In this document: piece after piece, positions 24,393 through 31,967 of the stretch
Numbering within the stretch: the first letter of the stretch is position 1
How the letters are laid out: each line of letters begins with the position of its first letter
IMG/VR virus record: IMGVR_UViG_3300000292_000030
Span: 1 to 39,684 of that record
DNA: 39,684 nt
Reading direction: 5' to 3' (one strand)
DNA from: a virus
Program-made: the position numbers and the translations under genes
Notes under the pieces: model-generated
Seen by the model: the letters and a program-made list of their open reading frames with translations, nothing else
What the model was told of the DNA's origin: nothing
Database searches by the model: none

Positions 24393-25343
24393 ATGAGTAG
24401 AAAATTTTTGGATTCAGAAATATTAGTATCTACAAAAGGAATGTCAAAAGAGGAATGGCTTAAACATAGACAATCAGGTATCGGGGGCTCAGATGCTAGT
24501 GCAGTAGCTGGCATAAATCCTTGGAAAACAGCAGTGCAAGTTTACATAGACAAAAAACAAGAAGAAGTAAAAGAAGTAAAAAGTTTCAGAATGGAATTAG
24601 GGAATAGATTAGAGGGGTTTGTAGCTGAATTATTTACAGAAGAAACTGGATTAAAAGTTAGAAATGTAAATGGAATATTAGCAAATGAAAAATATCCTTT
24701 TGCATTCGCTAACATAGATAGAGCTATAGTAGGAGAAAAAGCATTCTTAGAATGTAAAACTACTAACAGCTATGCTGCAAAAGATTGGGAAAATGGAATC
24801 CCAGCACACTATGAAATACAATGCTTACACTATATGGCTGTAACAGGGGCAACTCATTGTTATATAGCAGCATTAATAGGCAACCAAGAGTTTAAATGGT
24901 ACAAGCTTGAAAGAGATCAAGAAACTATAGATTACTTGATGAAAATAGAAAAAGACTTTTGGGAAAATAATGTGTTAAAAGATGAAATACCTGTTCCAGA
25001 TGGTTCTTATGCATATAGTGAGTATTTAAAAGAAAAATATCCGAGTTCAATAAAAGAAGAAATAGACATAACAAATTTTATAAAAAATGCCAAAGATAAG
25101 CTTAATCGCTATGATGAAATAGTTGCAGACATTAAAGCATTAGATAATGAAAAGAAAACTATAGAACAAGAAATACAAGCTGAAATGAAAGATTGCGAGG
25201 TAGCAAAAATAGGAGATAGAAAAGCAACTTGGAAATCTCAAAGTAGAAGCTCAATAGATAGTAAAAAGCTAAAAAGTGAGTTACCTGATTTAGCTGCTCA
25301 ATATATGAAAACAAGTAATTTCAGAAAATTCAGTATTAAATAG
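24393..25343 (+). CDS. YqaJ-like / lambda-Exo-type recombination exonuclease
   Basis: WLKHRQSGIGGSDASAVAGINPW, the ...ECKT... and ...YEIQCLHYM motifs fit the PD-(D/E)xK YqaJ family. It is paired with recT downstream. Confidence 0.85.
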   Translation: MSRKFLDSEILVSTKGMSKEEWLKHRQSGIGGSDASAVAGINPWKTAVQVYIDKKQEEVKEVKSFRMELGNRLEGFVAELFTEETGLKVRNVNGILANEKYPFAFANIDRAIVGEKAFLECKTTNSYAAKDWENGIPAHYEIQCLHYMAVTGATHCYIAALIGNQEFKWYKLERDQETIDYLMKIEKDFWENNVLKDEIPVPDGSYAYSEYLKEKYPSSIKEEIDITNFIKNAKDKLNRYDEIVADIKALDNEKKTIEQEIQAEMKDCEVAKIGDRKATWKSQSRSSIDSKKLKSELPDLAAQYMKTSNFRKFSIK

Positions 25344-25354
25344 GAGGTAGCAAC

Positions 25355-26191
25355 ATGACAAATTTAAAAAATCAATTACAAAATAAAGCTAATAACACTA
25401 ATCAAGTTAAAAAAGCAAGCCCAAGTAAAGGAATGGAACAACTATTAACTAAAATGGGAGGGCAAATACAAAAAGCACTTCCAAGCATGGTTAGTAGTGA
25501 AAGATTTCAAAGAGTAGCATTAACAGCTTTTAGTAATAATACAAAATTACAACAATGTGATCCAATGAGTTTTATAGCAGCAATGATGCAATCAGCACAA
25601 TTAGGATTAGAACCAAATACACCATTAGGACAAGCTTACTTAATACCATATGGAAAACAAGTTCAATTTCAAATAGGTTATAAAGGTTTACTAGAATTAG
25701 CTCAAAGAAGTGGAAAAATCAAAACTTTATATGCGCATGAAGTTAGAGAAAATGATACTTTTGACATAGATTACGGACTTAACCAAACATTAATACATAA
25801 ACCGCTTTTAAAAGGTGATAGAGGGGAAGTTATAGGTTATTATGCAGTATATCATTTAGATACTGGAGGCAATAGTTTTATCTTTATGACAAAGGATGAA
25901 GTCTTAGAACATGCAAAAAGATTTTCAAAAACATACAACAGTGGTCCGTGGCAAACAGACTTTGATGCAATGGCTAAGAAAACAGTAATAAAACAACTTC
26001 TAAAATACGCCCCATTAAGCATCGAGTTGCAAAAAGCTACAAGTATGGACGAAACAGTTAAAACAGAAATATCAGATGATATGAGTTTAGTGAAAGATGA
26101 AGGTATAGAGGCAGAGTTTACAGAGTTGACAGATGAAGGAGCAGAGGTTGAAAATCAACAAATAGAAGGGCAACAAGTAATGGATATGTAG
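25355..26191 (+). CDS. recT: RecT-family single-strand annealing protein
   Basis: Motifs ERFQRVALTAF, SFIAAMMQSAQLGLEPNTPLGQAYLIPYG and QFQIGYKGL are classical RecT. Confidence 0.9.
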   Translation: MTNLKNQLQNKANNTNQVKKASPSKGMEQLLTKMGGQIQKALPSMVSSERFQRVALTAFSNNTKLQQCDPMSFIAAMMQSAQLGLEPNTPLGQAYLIPYGKQVQFQIGYKGLLELAQRSGKIKTLYAHEVRENDTFDIDYGLNQTLIHKPLLKGDRGEVIGYYAVYHLDTGGNSFIFMTKDEVLEHAKRFSKTYNSGPWQTDFDAMAKKTVIKQLLKYAPLSIELQKATSMDETVKTEISDDMSLVKDEGIEAEFTELTDEGAEVENQQIEGQQVMDM

Positions 26192-26214
26192 CTAGGTTGG
26201 GGAGCAATAAAAAA

Positions 26215-26238
26215 AGAAAGGAGTTTATTCTCCTTTCT
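26215..26238 (-). terminator. hairpin terminator of the minus-strand RHH gene (T-run on the minus strand)
   Basis: A 9-bp stem (agaaaggag / ctcctttct). On the minus strand it is followed by TTTTTT. The stem includes the RHH stop codon. Confidence 0.6.
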
Positions 26239-26374
26239 CCGAGCTAACTTTAACATAATCTTTTAAAATTTTAATTATTAGATTTGATAAAGTCCTATCT
26301 TCTTTAATTGCTATTTGCTCTAGTTTTTCTCTTAAATCATTTGGCATTCTAAATGTAAATTGTTTAGTTGTCAT
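26225..26374 (-). CDS. ribbon-helix-helix (CopG/Arc/MetJ-type) DNA-binding protein, 49 aa
   Basis: Not in the ORF track. AAGGTGG SD lies 6 nt upstream on the minus strand. MTTKQFTFRMPNDLREKLEQIAIKEDRTLSNLIIKILKDYVKVSSEKGE shows a beta-strand then helix-helix pattern. Confidence 0.6.
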   Translation of the reverse strand: MTTKQFTFRMPNDLREKLEQIAIKEDRTLSNLIIKILKDYVKVSSEKGE

Positions 26375-26460
26375 AACACACCACCTTTATTTTTTATTTA
26401 CATTTTAACATATTTAAGTAAGATAAAGCAATATCATTATATTATTTTGCAAGACAAGTA

Positions 26461-26489
26461 TTTACAATGTAAGACAAAAATAGTATAAT
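26461..26489 (+). promoter_or_regulatory. promoter of the replication operon
   Basis: TTTACA, a 17-nt spacer, then TATAAT. It is flanked and overlapped by two AAGACAA repeats (26451.. and 26471..). Confidence 0.6.
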
Positions 26490-26539
26490 ATAACTATAAA
26501 GATACGAAATTTGACATTTTATAAAAGGAGGCGAGCAGA

Positions 26540-27331
26540 ATGGATGAAGGTAAAAATGAAATTAGATATCGCAAGAATAACTTTCTGAGTGAAGGTTATG
26601 GGATATTACCTAAGTTAGTTATGAGAGATAAGAAATTGCCTATAGAAGCTAAGGCTATATATGCTTATCTAGTTGCATTTGCAGGCAATAAATATACTTG
26701 TTACCCAAGTAGGGATTTAATGTGTAAAGAGCTGAATATAGGTAAAAACAGATTTACAAAATATCTAGATCTGCTAAAGGAATCAGGATATATCAAGGTA
26801 ACCAATACTCAAAACGGAAATTTAAAATCAAAAAATATATATGAAATCATAATGGATGAAAGAGATAGACAAGAAATTCTTCGATGTCTTCAATTTCGAG
26901 ACACCGAAGCTCGAGACACCGAAATTCGAGACCTCGAAAACAAAGACACTAATAGTAACAGTATAAATAGTAACAGTATAAATAGTAACAGTATAAATAC
27001 TACTGATACTGTTATTTCTTTAGATGTTATAGATAATATATGGAAATTATATCCTAATAAGAAAGATAAAGCTAAAGCATATAAGTACATTAAAAGAATA
27101 CTTACAAAAGAAAAGATAAGTGCAGAAGAATTAGAAAGAGCGGTAAAAAGATATGCTAAAGAAAAAGAAAATACAGACAAGCAATATATAAAACATGGAA
27201 GCACATTTTTTAATGGAGCTTATATAGATTATTTAGATGAAAACTACCAACCAAGTGAATCAGTTCAACCAACTACAAAAATCGAATCATCATTAGACTT
27301 GCTAGACTTGATAAATGGACCTGGGGAATAG
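26540..27331 (+). CDS. replication initiator (winged-helix HTH N-domain, DnaD/phage-O-like), contains the candidate origin
   Basis: The N-terminus GYGILPKLVMRDKKLPIEAKAIYAYLVAFAG...YPSRDLMCKELNIGKNRFTKYLDLLKESGYI is HTH_36-like. It lies upstream of the DnaB helicase and has internal iterons. Confidence 0.7.
   Translation: MDEGKNEIRYRKNNFLSEGYGILPKLVMRDKKLPIEAKAIYAYLVAFAGNKYTCYPSRDLMCKELNIGKNRFTKYLDLLKESGYIKVTNTQNGNLKSKNIYEIIMDERDRQEILRCLQFRDTEARDTEIRDLENKDTNSNSINSNSINSNSINTTDTVISLDVIDNIWKLYPNKKDKAKAYKYIKRILTKEKISAEELERAVKRYAKEKENTDKQYIKHGSTFFNGAYIDYLDENYQPSESVQPTTKIESSLDLLDLINGPGE
26896..26940 (+). repeat. iteron set A: 15-bp tandem repeat x3 (TCGAGACACCGAAnn)
   Basis: tcgagacaccgaagc / tcgagacaccgaaat / tcgagacctcgaaaa, in frame within the initiator gene (RDTEA RDTEI RDLEN). 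Confidence 0.85.
26951..27000 (+). repeat. iteron set B: 15-bp perfect tandem repeat x3.3 (AATAGTAACAGTATA)
   Basis: Three exact copies plus a partial copy, in frame (NSNSI x3). Confidence 0.9.
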
Positions 27332-27339
27332 GAGGATTT

Positions 27340-28671
27340 ATGAACAATTATTTATACAATTTAGAATATGAAAGAATAGTTCTCGGGATGGTATTGTTAG
27401 AACCTAACTTATTTGAAGTAATACAGGATTTATCGGAAGAAACTTTTTATTTCGAATATAACAGAGTTATTTATAAAGCAATGAAGCTACTGGATAAAGA
27501 AAAATCACCGATTGATCTAATAAGTTTAGTAAATAAGATAGAACAAATAGATAATACAGTTGAAATGATGTATATAACGAATTTGAACCAATATGCTACA
27601 ACAGCAAGTAATATAGAGTTTTATATTGGTGAAATAAAAGAAATGAAACAAAAAAGAGACACGATAGAACTTGCTAAAAGCCTTATAGAAGGGATTCAAA
27701 CAGGGAGAAATATAAATACTTGCATTAACACTTTTGAAACTGGCACAAAGGTAAATAAAGAAGTAGATGAAGATAATGCATTAAGTTCTATAATATCAAA
27801 TATGTTTGACAAGCTAGGTGAAAAAATAGAACGTGTATTAACTGGAATAAAAATAGTGGACAAGTTAACAGAAGGTGGCCTAGCTAAAAAAGAATTACTT
27901 ACTATAGGAGCTAAAAGTGGAGTTGGTAAAAGCGCTATGAGCTTAAGAATGGCTATTAATATGTTAAAACAGGGCAAAAAAGTCCTAATAGTTAGTAGAG
28001 AAATGAGTAAAGAGCAAGTAGCTGAGAGAATTTTACTAAGTTACGCGGGAATAACAAGACAAGAATATCGTAGTGGAGAGTTATCCTCAGGCAAAACCAA
28101 GAAAATAATAGAGACTATGGAAAGTTTGAATACAGATAAGTTGAGAATAGACGATAGTATAAGCACGATAGCACAAATTAAAAAGGCACTAAGAATGTAT
28201 AAGCCAGACGTACTGATAGTAGATTATGTACAACTATTAACTCCAACAGATACAAAAGTCTCTAGAGAACGACAGGTAGCGGAATTGTCGAGGGAATTAA
28301 AGAATATAACATTAGATTTCAACATGATAGTAATACAACTAACACAGTTAGCGGATAAAGGTACTGGAAATTATAGACCGCATGGAGAAACTTATTGTAG
28401 AGAATCAAGGGCAATATACCAAGATAGCAATCAAGTGGTTTACATACATGAAGTTACAGAAGAGAAGGAATTAGAACAAGCATGGAAAAGAACAGGTTTT
28501 AATGAAGGCACTAGACTAGAAGAATTTATCGAAAGCATGAGAGATAAAAAAGAAAAAGGCTATACATTAGTTGAAGTCATTCTGGATAAGAATCGAGATG
28601 GAGATAAAGGGTCTAGATATTATCTGTTCTGCGGAAAGGAATTAATGTATTATCCTATAGGAAATAAATAG
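27340..28671 (+). CDS. dnaB: DnaB-family replicative helicase
   Basis: The N-domain reads ERIVLGMVLLEPNLF. Walker A is GAKSGVGKSA, Walker B is VLIVDYVQLL, and the RecA-like C-domain has IVIQLTQL. Confidence 0.9.
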   Translation: MNNYLYNLEYERIVLGMVLLEPNLFEVIQDLSEETFYFEYNRVIYKAMKLLDKEKSPIDLISLVNKIEQIDNTVEMMYITNLNQYATTASNIEFYIGEIKEMKQKRDTIELAKSLIEGIQTGRNINTCINTFETGTKVNKEVDEDNALSSIISNMFDKLGEKIERVLTGIKIVDKLTEGGLAKKELLTIGAKSGVGKSAMSLRMAINMLKQGKKVLIVSREMSKEQVAERILLSYAGITRQEYRSGELSSGKTKKIIETMESLNTDKLRIDDSISTIAQIKKALRMYKPDVLIVDYVQLLTPTDTKVSRERQVAELSRELKNITLDFNMIVIQLTQLADKGTGNYRPHGETYCRESRAIYQDSNQVVYIHEVTEEKELEQAWKRTGFNEGTRLEEFIESMRDKKEKGYTLVEVILDKNRDGDKGSRYYLFCGKELMYYPIGNK

Positions 28672-28682
28672 GGGGTGCGGAG

Positions 28683-28883
28683 ATGGAACTGTATAAAAAT
28701 TACAACGAAAAAACCATAAAACTTATAAAAGAGTTAGGATTTTATGGCAAAACACCAAAGGAAATAGAATTACTAATTGTTTTAGAATTAGAAAAATGCA
28801 AGAAAAATAGCACTTATGAGGAAATAAAAACTATTGCAGAAGTTCAAGGACGTTTATTGGAGCATATAAAAACTATAAAGTAA
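28683..28883 (+). CDS. hypothetical protein (66 aa)
   Basis: SD GGGGGTGCGGAG upstream; no recognisable motif. Confidence 0.45.
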   Translation: MELYKNYNEKTIKLIKELGFYGKTPKEIELLIVLELEKCKKNSTYEEIKTIAEVQGRLLEHIKTIK

Positions 28884-28925
28884 CTACAGGGGCTTAAACA
28901 AGCCTCTAGAAAGGAGGATAATCAA

Positions 28926-29270
28926 ATGGCAAAAAGACTATCAGACTTAGAACGAAAAAAGATAAAGAGATTATACAATAAAGGATTAAGCATTTTGAAT
29001 ATTTCATACGAACTAAATAGAGATAAAAGCACTATAAGAAAATACATAAAGGATATGGGACTTACTAGACAGCCAAAAGTAGTAGATTTGACAGGTAAAA
29101 TATATGGGAAATTAGTTGTATTAGAACTAGATCATGTAGAAAAAAGCAGAAGATACTGGAAATGTCAATGTGAATGTGGAAATACAACAGTAGTAAGAGA
29201 AAGTAATTTACAACATAGAATAACAAAAAGTTGTGGATGCCTAAAGAAAGAAACAAAAAAACATGACTAG
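28926..29270 (+). CDS. DNA-binding protein: N-terminal HTH + C-terminal Cys-rich (zinc) module
   Basis: The HTH region is LSDLERKKIKRLYNKGLSILNISYELNRDKSTIRKYI. The C-terminus is WKCQCECGNTTVV...KSCGC. Confidence 0.5.
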   Translation: MAKRLSDLERKKIKRLYNKGLSILNISYELNRDKSTIRKYIKDMGLTRQPKVVDLTGKIYGKLVVLELDHVEKSRRYWKCQCECGNTTVVRESNLQHRITKSCGCLKKETKKHD

Positions 29271-29468
29271 GTGACAGTTCAAAAAATAAAACCAAGACAT
29301 AATAACGGTGGTGTATTCTTCTTGCAAGCTGGAGAAATAAAGTTAAAGGGCAATTACGAAAGCGAGAAAAAATGCAGCAAAGTAAAAGAATACAAATTAA
29401 GTCCTGAGGAGTTGCAAGTCTATTTGAAATCACTAGAAACAAAAAAAGTAAAGAGAAGGGGTGAATAG
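29271..29468 (+). CDS. hypothetical ORF with no ATG and no SD, contiguous in frame with the upstream gene across a TAG
   Basis: 65 stop-free codons in AT-rich DNA. A GTG directly follows TAG 29268..29270. An alternative TTG start lies at 29322 behind GGTGGTG. Confidence 0.35.
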   Translation: MTVQKIKPRHNNGGVFFLQAGEIKLKGNYESEKKCSKVKEYKLSPEELQVYLKSLETKKVKRRGE

Positions 29469-29470
29469 TA

Positions 29471-29869
29471 ATGGAAAAAAATATAATCGAAGTGAAAAAT
29501 ATAAAAACTGGAGAAGTATTAGAGTTTACAGGCCAAAATGCAGTAGCGAAGTATCTTACAGGTGTATATGGCAAGAAAATATACGCTGGAGCTGTAGCAT
29601 CAGCTATAAGACAAAGCGTTCCGTATAAAAAGGAATGGGAAATAAATTTCATAAAAAATGCTAATAAAAAAATATGCGATTATTGTGGCAAAGAATATAC
29701 AAGTAATAGAGCAAATCAAAGATTTTGCAGTGATACTTGTAGAGAAGAATATCGTGCATGGAAAAAAAGAGGACCAGCGATAAACAGTGAGGCGAAAATA
29801 ACAAAAGACAAAGAAAAATTAGTACATAAATTAGTAACAATGTTAGCACCATATAGAACAGCAAAATAG
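29471..29869 (+). CDS. hypothetical DNA-binding protein (NUMOD-like N-terminus, C-terminal zinc ribbon)
   Basis: CDYCGKEY...RFCSDTCREEYRAW has a zinc-ribbon pattern. The ATG overlaps the upstream stop region (TAGTAATG). Confidence 0.45.
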   Translation: MEKNIIEVKNIKTGEVLEFTGQNAVAKYLTGVYGKKIYAGAVASAIRQSVPYKKEWEINFIKNANKKICDYCGKEYTSNRANQRFCSDTCREEYRAWKKRGPAINSEAKITKDKEKLVHKLVTMLAPYRTAK

Positions 29870-29877
29870 GAGGGAAT

Positions 29878-30363
29878 ATGGATAGATATACATCAAATAA
29901 AAATGGAGAAGGATATGCAGATAACACAGCATATAAAGCTATAAGAAATGTAAGTATGACAGAAAAAAATAAAGTTAGATTTCTTATTCCAGGAGAACCA
30001 ATAGCAAAAGAAAGACCTAGACTTGGAAAGAATGGAAAAGTATATACACCTAGAAAAACACATAACTTTGAAACAACATGTAGTTTAGCTTACGGAAACA
30101 GACCTAGATTAGAAGGCGAGAAATTAAGAGTTGAAATATTATTCAATTTCAAAGTACCGAAAAGCTATAGCAAGAAACAACGAAATAAGGCTCTAGATGA
30201 CAAAATAGGACCAACTAAAAAGGATATTGATAATTGTATCAAGGCAGTACTAGACGGATTAAATGGAATAGCATGGAGAGACGATAGATATATTCATGAA
30301 GTGATAGCAAAGAAACAGTTTGCTGAGAAGTCTGAAATAATAGTAGAAATAACGGAGTTGTAA
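29878..30363 (+). CDS. rusA: RusA-family Holliday junction resolvase
   Basis: GEPIAKERPR, YTPRKTHNFE and KKDIDNCIKAVLDGLNGIAWRDDRYI are RusA signature blocks. Confidence 0.85.
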   Translation: MDRYTSNKNGEGYADNTAYKAIRNVSMTEKNKVRFLIPGEPIAKERPRLGKNGKVYTPRKTHNFETTCSLAYGNRPRLEGEKLRVEILFNFKVPKSYSKKQRNKALDDKIGPTKKDIDNCIKAVLDGLNGIAWRDDRYIHEVIAKKQFAEKSEIIVEITEL

Positions 30364-30364
30364 A

Positions 30365-30625
30365 ATGGAATTTGAATGTGAAAATCTTACAACTTTAGGC
30401 TGTGAGAGAATGGATTCGGTAAAAGAGTTAATGCTGCTGGAACAAATAGAAAGCAACGAAGAACTTGATTTAAATAGAATTTGTAAAAATCAATGTTGTA
30501 AAGATTGTGACAATACAAATCAATGTTGCTATACATGCGGTCGAATTTATTGGAAGGATCCAGCAGAAGAATTTGAAAAAGAAGAAATAAAGCAAGTTGA
30601 TTATGAACAACTGACATTCTTTTAG
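30365..30625 (+). CDS. hypothetical Cys-rich protein (86 aa)
   Basis: CKNQCCKDCDNTNQCCYTC cluster; coupled to rusA (TAAAATG). Confidence 0.45.
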   Translation: MEFECENLTTLGCERMDSVKELMLLEQIESNEELDLNRICKNQCCKDCDNTNQCCYTCGRIYWKDPAEEFEKEEIKQVDYEQLTFF

Positions 30626-30637
30626 GAGGGAATTACA

Positions 30638-31129
30638 CTGGAATTTAAACACATAATAAGGTTTTATGGGGAGCCTAAATTAAAGAAACCAAAAGAATTA
30701 AAGGGGATAAAATCAGAATTTTCGGTAGACTACATTGAGGGAAAATGTAAATGTCAAGTGTTTATTGAAGGGAATAATCTTTGGATAAAACATAGAGACT
30801 ATTTTAGTCAACCTATAAAATATGAAAAAGAAGACTATGGAGCTCCACTTGGAGTATTAATTAAAAAATATTGCGATAGAAGTAAAAATAAAAAATTTGT
30901 ATATGAGGATTCTTGGGGAGAACTGATAGCAAGAAATGAAGCTTGGATATGCTTGGTAGATTTCAGGATGGATGTTAAAAATAAGCACCCATTGGAGTTA
31001 CTTCCTGAGATTCTAAGACAACAAGAGCAAGCATGTGGATTTGATGAATATGAACTTGTTTGTACAAATATGGAAAGAATGTATGAAAGAATCATATTAA
31101 AATTTTATGATCCAAACAAGATATATTAG
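30638..31129 (+). CDS. hypothetical protein; start probably non-canonical (CTG 30638) rather than GTG 30758
   Basis: The frame is open from 30626. A perfect SD (AGGAGGG, 30624..30630) lies 7 nt before the in-frame CTG. GTG 30758 from the track has no SD. Confidence 0.4.
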   Translation: MEFKHIIRFYGEPKLKKPKELKGIKSEFSVDYIEGKCKCQVFIEGNNLWIKHRDYFSQPIKYEKEDYGAPLGVLIKKYCDRSKNKKFVYEDSWGELIARNEAWICLVDFRMDVKNKHPLELLPEILRQQEQACGFDEYELVCTNMERMYERIILKFYDPNKIY

Positions 31130-31138
31130 GAGGATGAT

Positions 31139-31339
31139 ATGAACAAAGAAGAAATGGAAAGTGCTGCTGGAATCATATGCACTTTATTAAAAGGATTATT
31201 AGAAGAAACTGGATTATACATAGCTGTTGATAAAAAGACAAAAGAATTTGTTTTTATCGAAAGAGAAAGCTTTGATAGAGGAGATAGCAGAGGAAGAACA
31301 GCTAGAGTATCTATGGAACAAATAAATGTAAAGGAATAG
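31139..31339 (+). CDS. hypothetical protein (66 aa)
   Basis: SD AGGAGGATGAT upstream. Confidence 0.45.
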   Translation: MNKEEMESAAGIICTLLKGLLEETGLYIAVDKKTKEFVFIERESFDRGDSRGRTARVSMEQINVKE

Positions 31340-31346
31340 AGAAAAA

Positions 31347-31628
31347 ATGAATAAAAAAGAAAATACAATAAAATACTTCATGAAGGCATCAGAAAATGAG
31401 GAATTATTTACAACTATCGCAATGGAAGAATGTGCAGAATTAATTCAAGCAATAAGCAAAGCAAAACGAGGCAAATTGGATGCTGACAACATGGCAGAGG
31501 AAATAGCTGATGTACTAATAGGAATTGAATGGCTTAAAGAATTATATGATATTGATGCTTTAGAAGTACAAAAGTGGATAGCATATAAACAAAACAGAAT
31601 CGCAAAAAAACTGGAAAATAGGGGGTAA
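31347..31628 (+). CDS. MazG-like nucleoside triphosphate pyrophosphohydrolase (single-domain)
   Basis: EECAELIQAISKAKRGK ... EEIADVLIGIEWL matches the EExxE..(E/D)xxD helical MazG pattern. Confidence 0.65.
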   Translation: MNKKENTIKYFMKASENEELFTTIAMEECAELIQAISKAKRGKLDADNMAEEIADVLIGIEWLKELYDIDALEVQKWIAYKQNRIAKKLENRG

Positions 31629-31666
31629 GTATATGGCAGAGCAATACAGAAAATTAGGTGATAAAG

Positions 31667-31843
31667 ATGAAATGTAAATACTTTAAAAAAGAAACTGGCG
31701 ATAAATACTGCAGCAACTATTTAGGACCACAAATAGTAGGAGCATATGGAGAAGGAACGATTATAAAACATAACTGTAAAGATAAATGCAAGTATATTGA
31801 TTGTAAGAAACTTGAAGAATTACAAGGATTAAAAAGGGGATGA
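31667..31843 (+). CDS. hypothetical Cys-rich protein (58 aa)
   Basis: ATG 31667 lies behind AGGTGA (the track uses GTG 31658). Translation starts MKCKYFKKETGDKYCSNY...CKDKCKYIDC. Confidence 0.45.
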   Translation: MKCKYFKKETGDKYCSNYLGPQIVGAYGEGTIIKHNCKDKCKYIDCKKLEELQGLKRG

Positions 31844-31847
31844 TTAA

Positions 31848-31967
31848 TTGATATTAGCAAGATACAAAGAATTAGTCGAACTGGCTAAGAAATACATAGA
31901 AAAGGGATATAGCACATTGGAAGCAATTAAATTAGCTGAAAAGGAATTGGAGGGACTATATGAATAA
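31848..31967 (+). CDS. hypothetical small protein (39 aa, TTG start)
   Basis: AAGGGGA lies 7 nt upstream of the TTG. Translation: MILARYKELVELAKKYIEKGYSTLEAIKLAEKELEGLYE. It overlaps the next start. Confidence 0.3.
   Translation: MILARYKELVELAKKYIEKGYSTLEAIKLAEKELEGLYE

Noticed and set aside
26896-27000. Whether the tandem 15-bp repeats could be a mini CRISPR array or a contingency locus.
   Set aside because: The repeats are directly abutting with no spacers. They are in frame inside the initiator gene, in the position typical of ori iterons. No cas genes or leader are present.
29065-29652. A 195-aa minus-strand ORF, the longest antisense ORF in the track.
   Set aside because: Its composition is F/L/S/I-rich and low complexity. 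That is the mirror image of the K/E/N-rich plus-strand genes it overlaps (28926..29869). It has no SD and spans three well-formed plus-strand ORFs. I treat it as a shadow ORF.
31634-31675. A 13-codon ORF (MAEQYRKLGDKDEM) between the MazG-like gene and the next ORF.
   Set aside because: It is too short to evaluate. It overlaps the better-supported ATG 31667 start region and is probably fortuitous.
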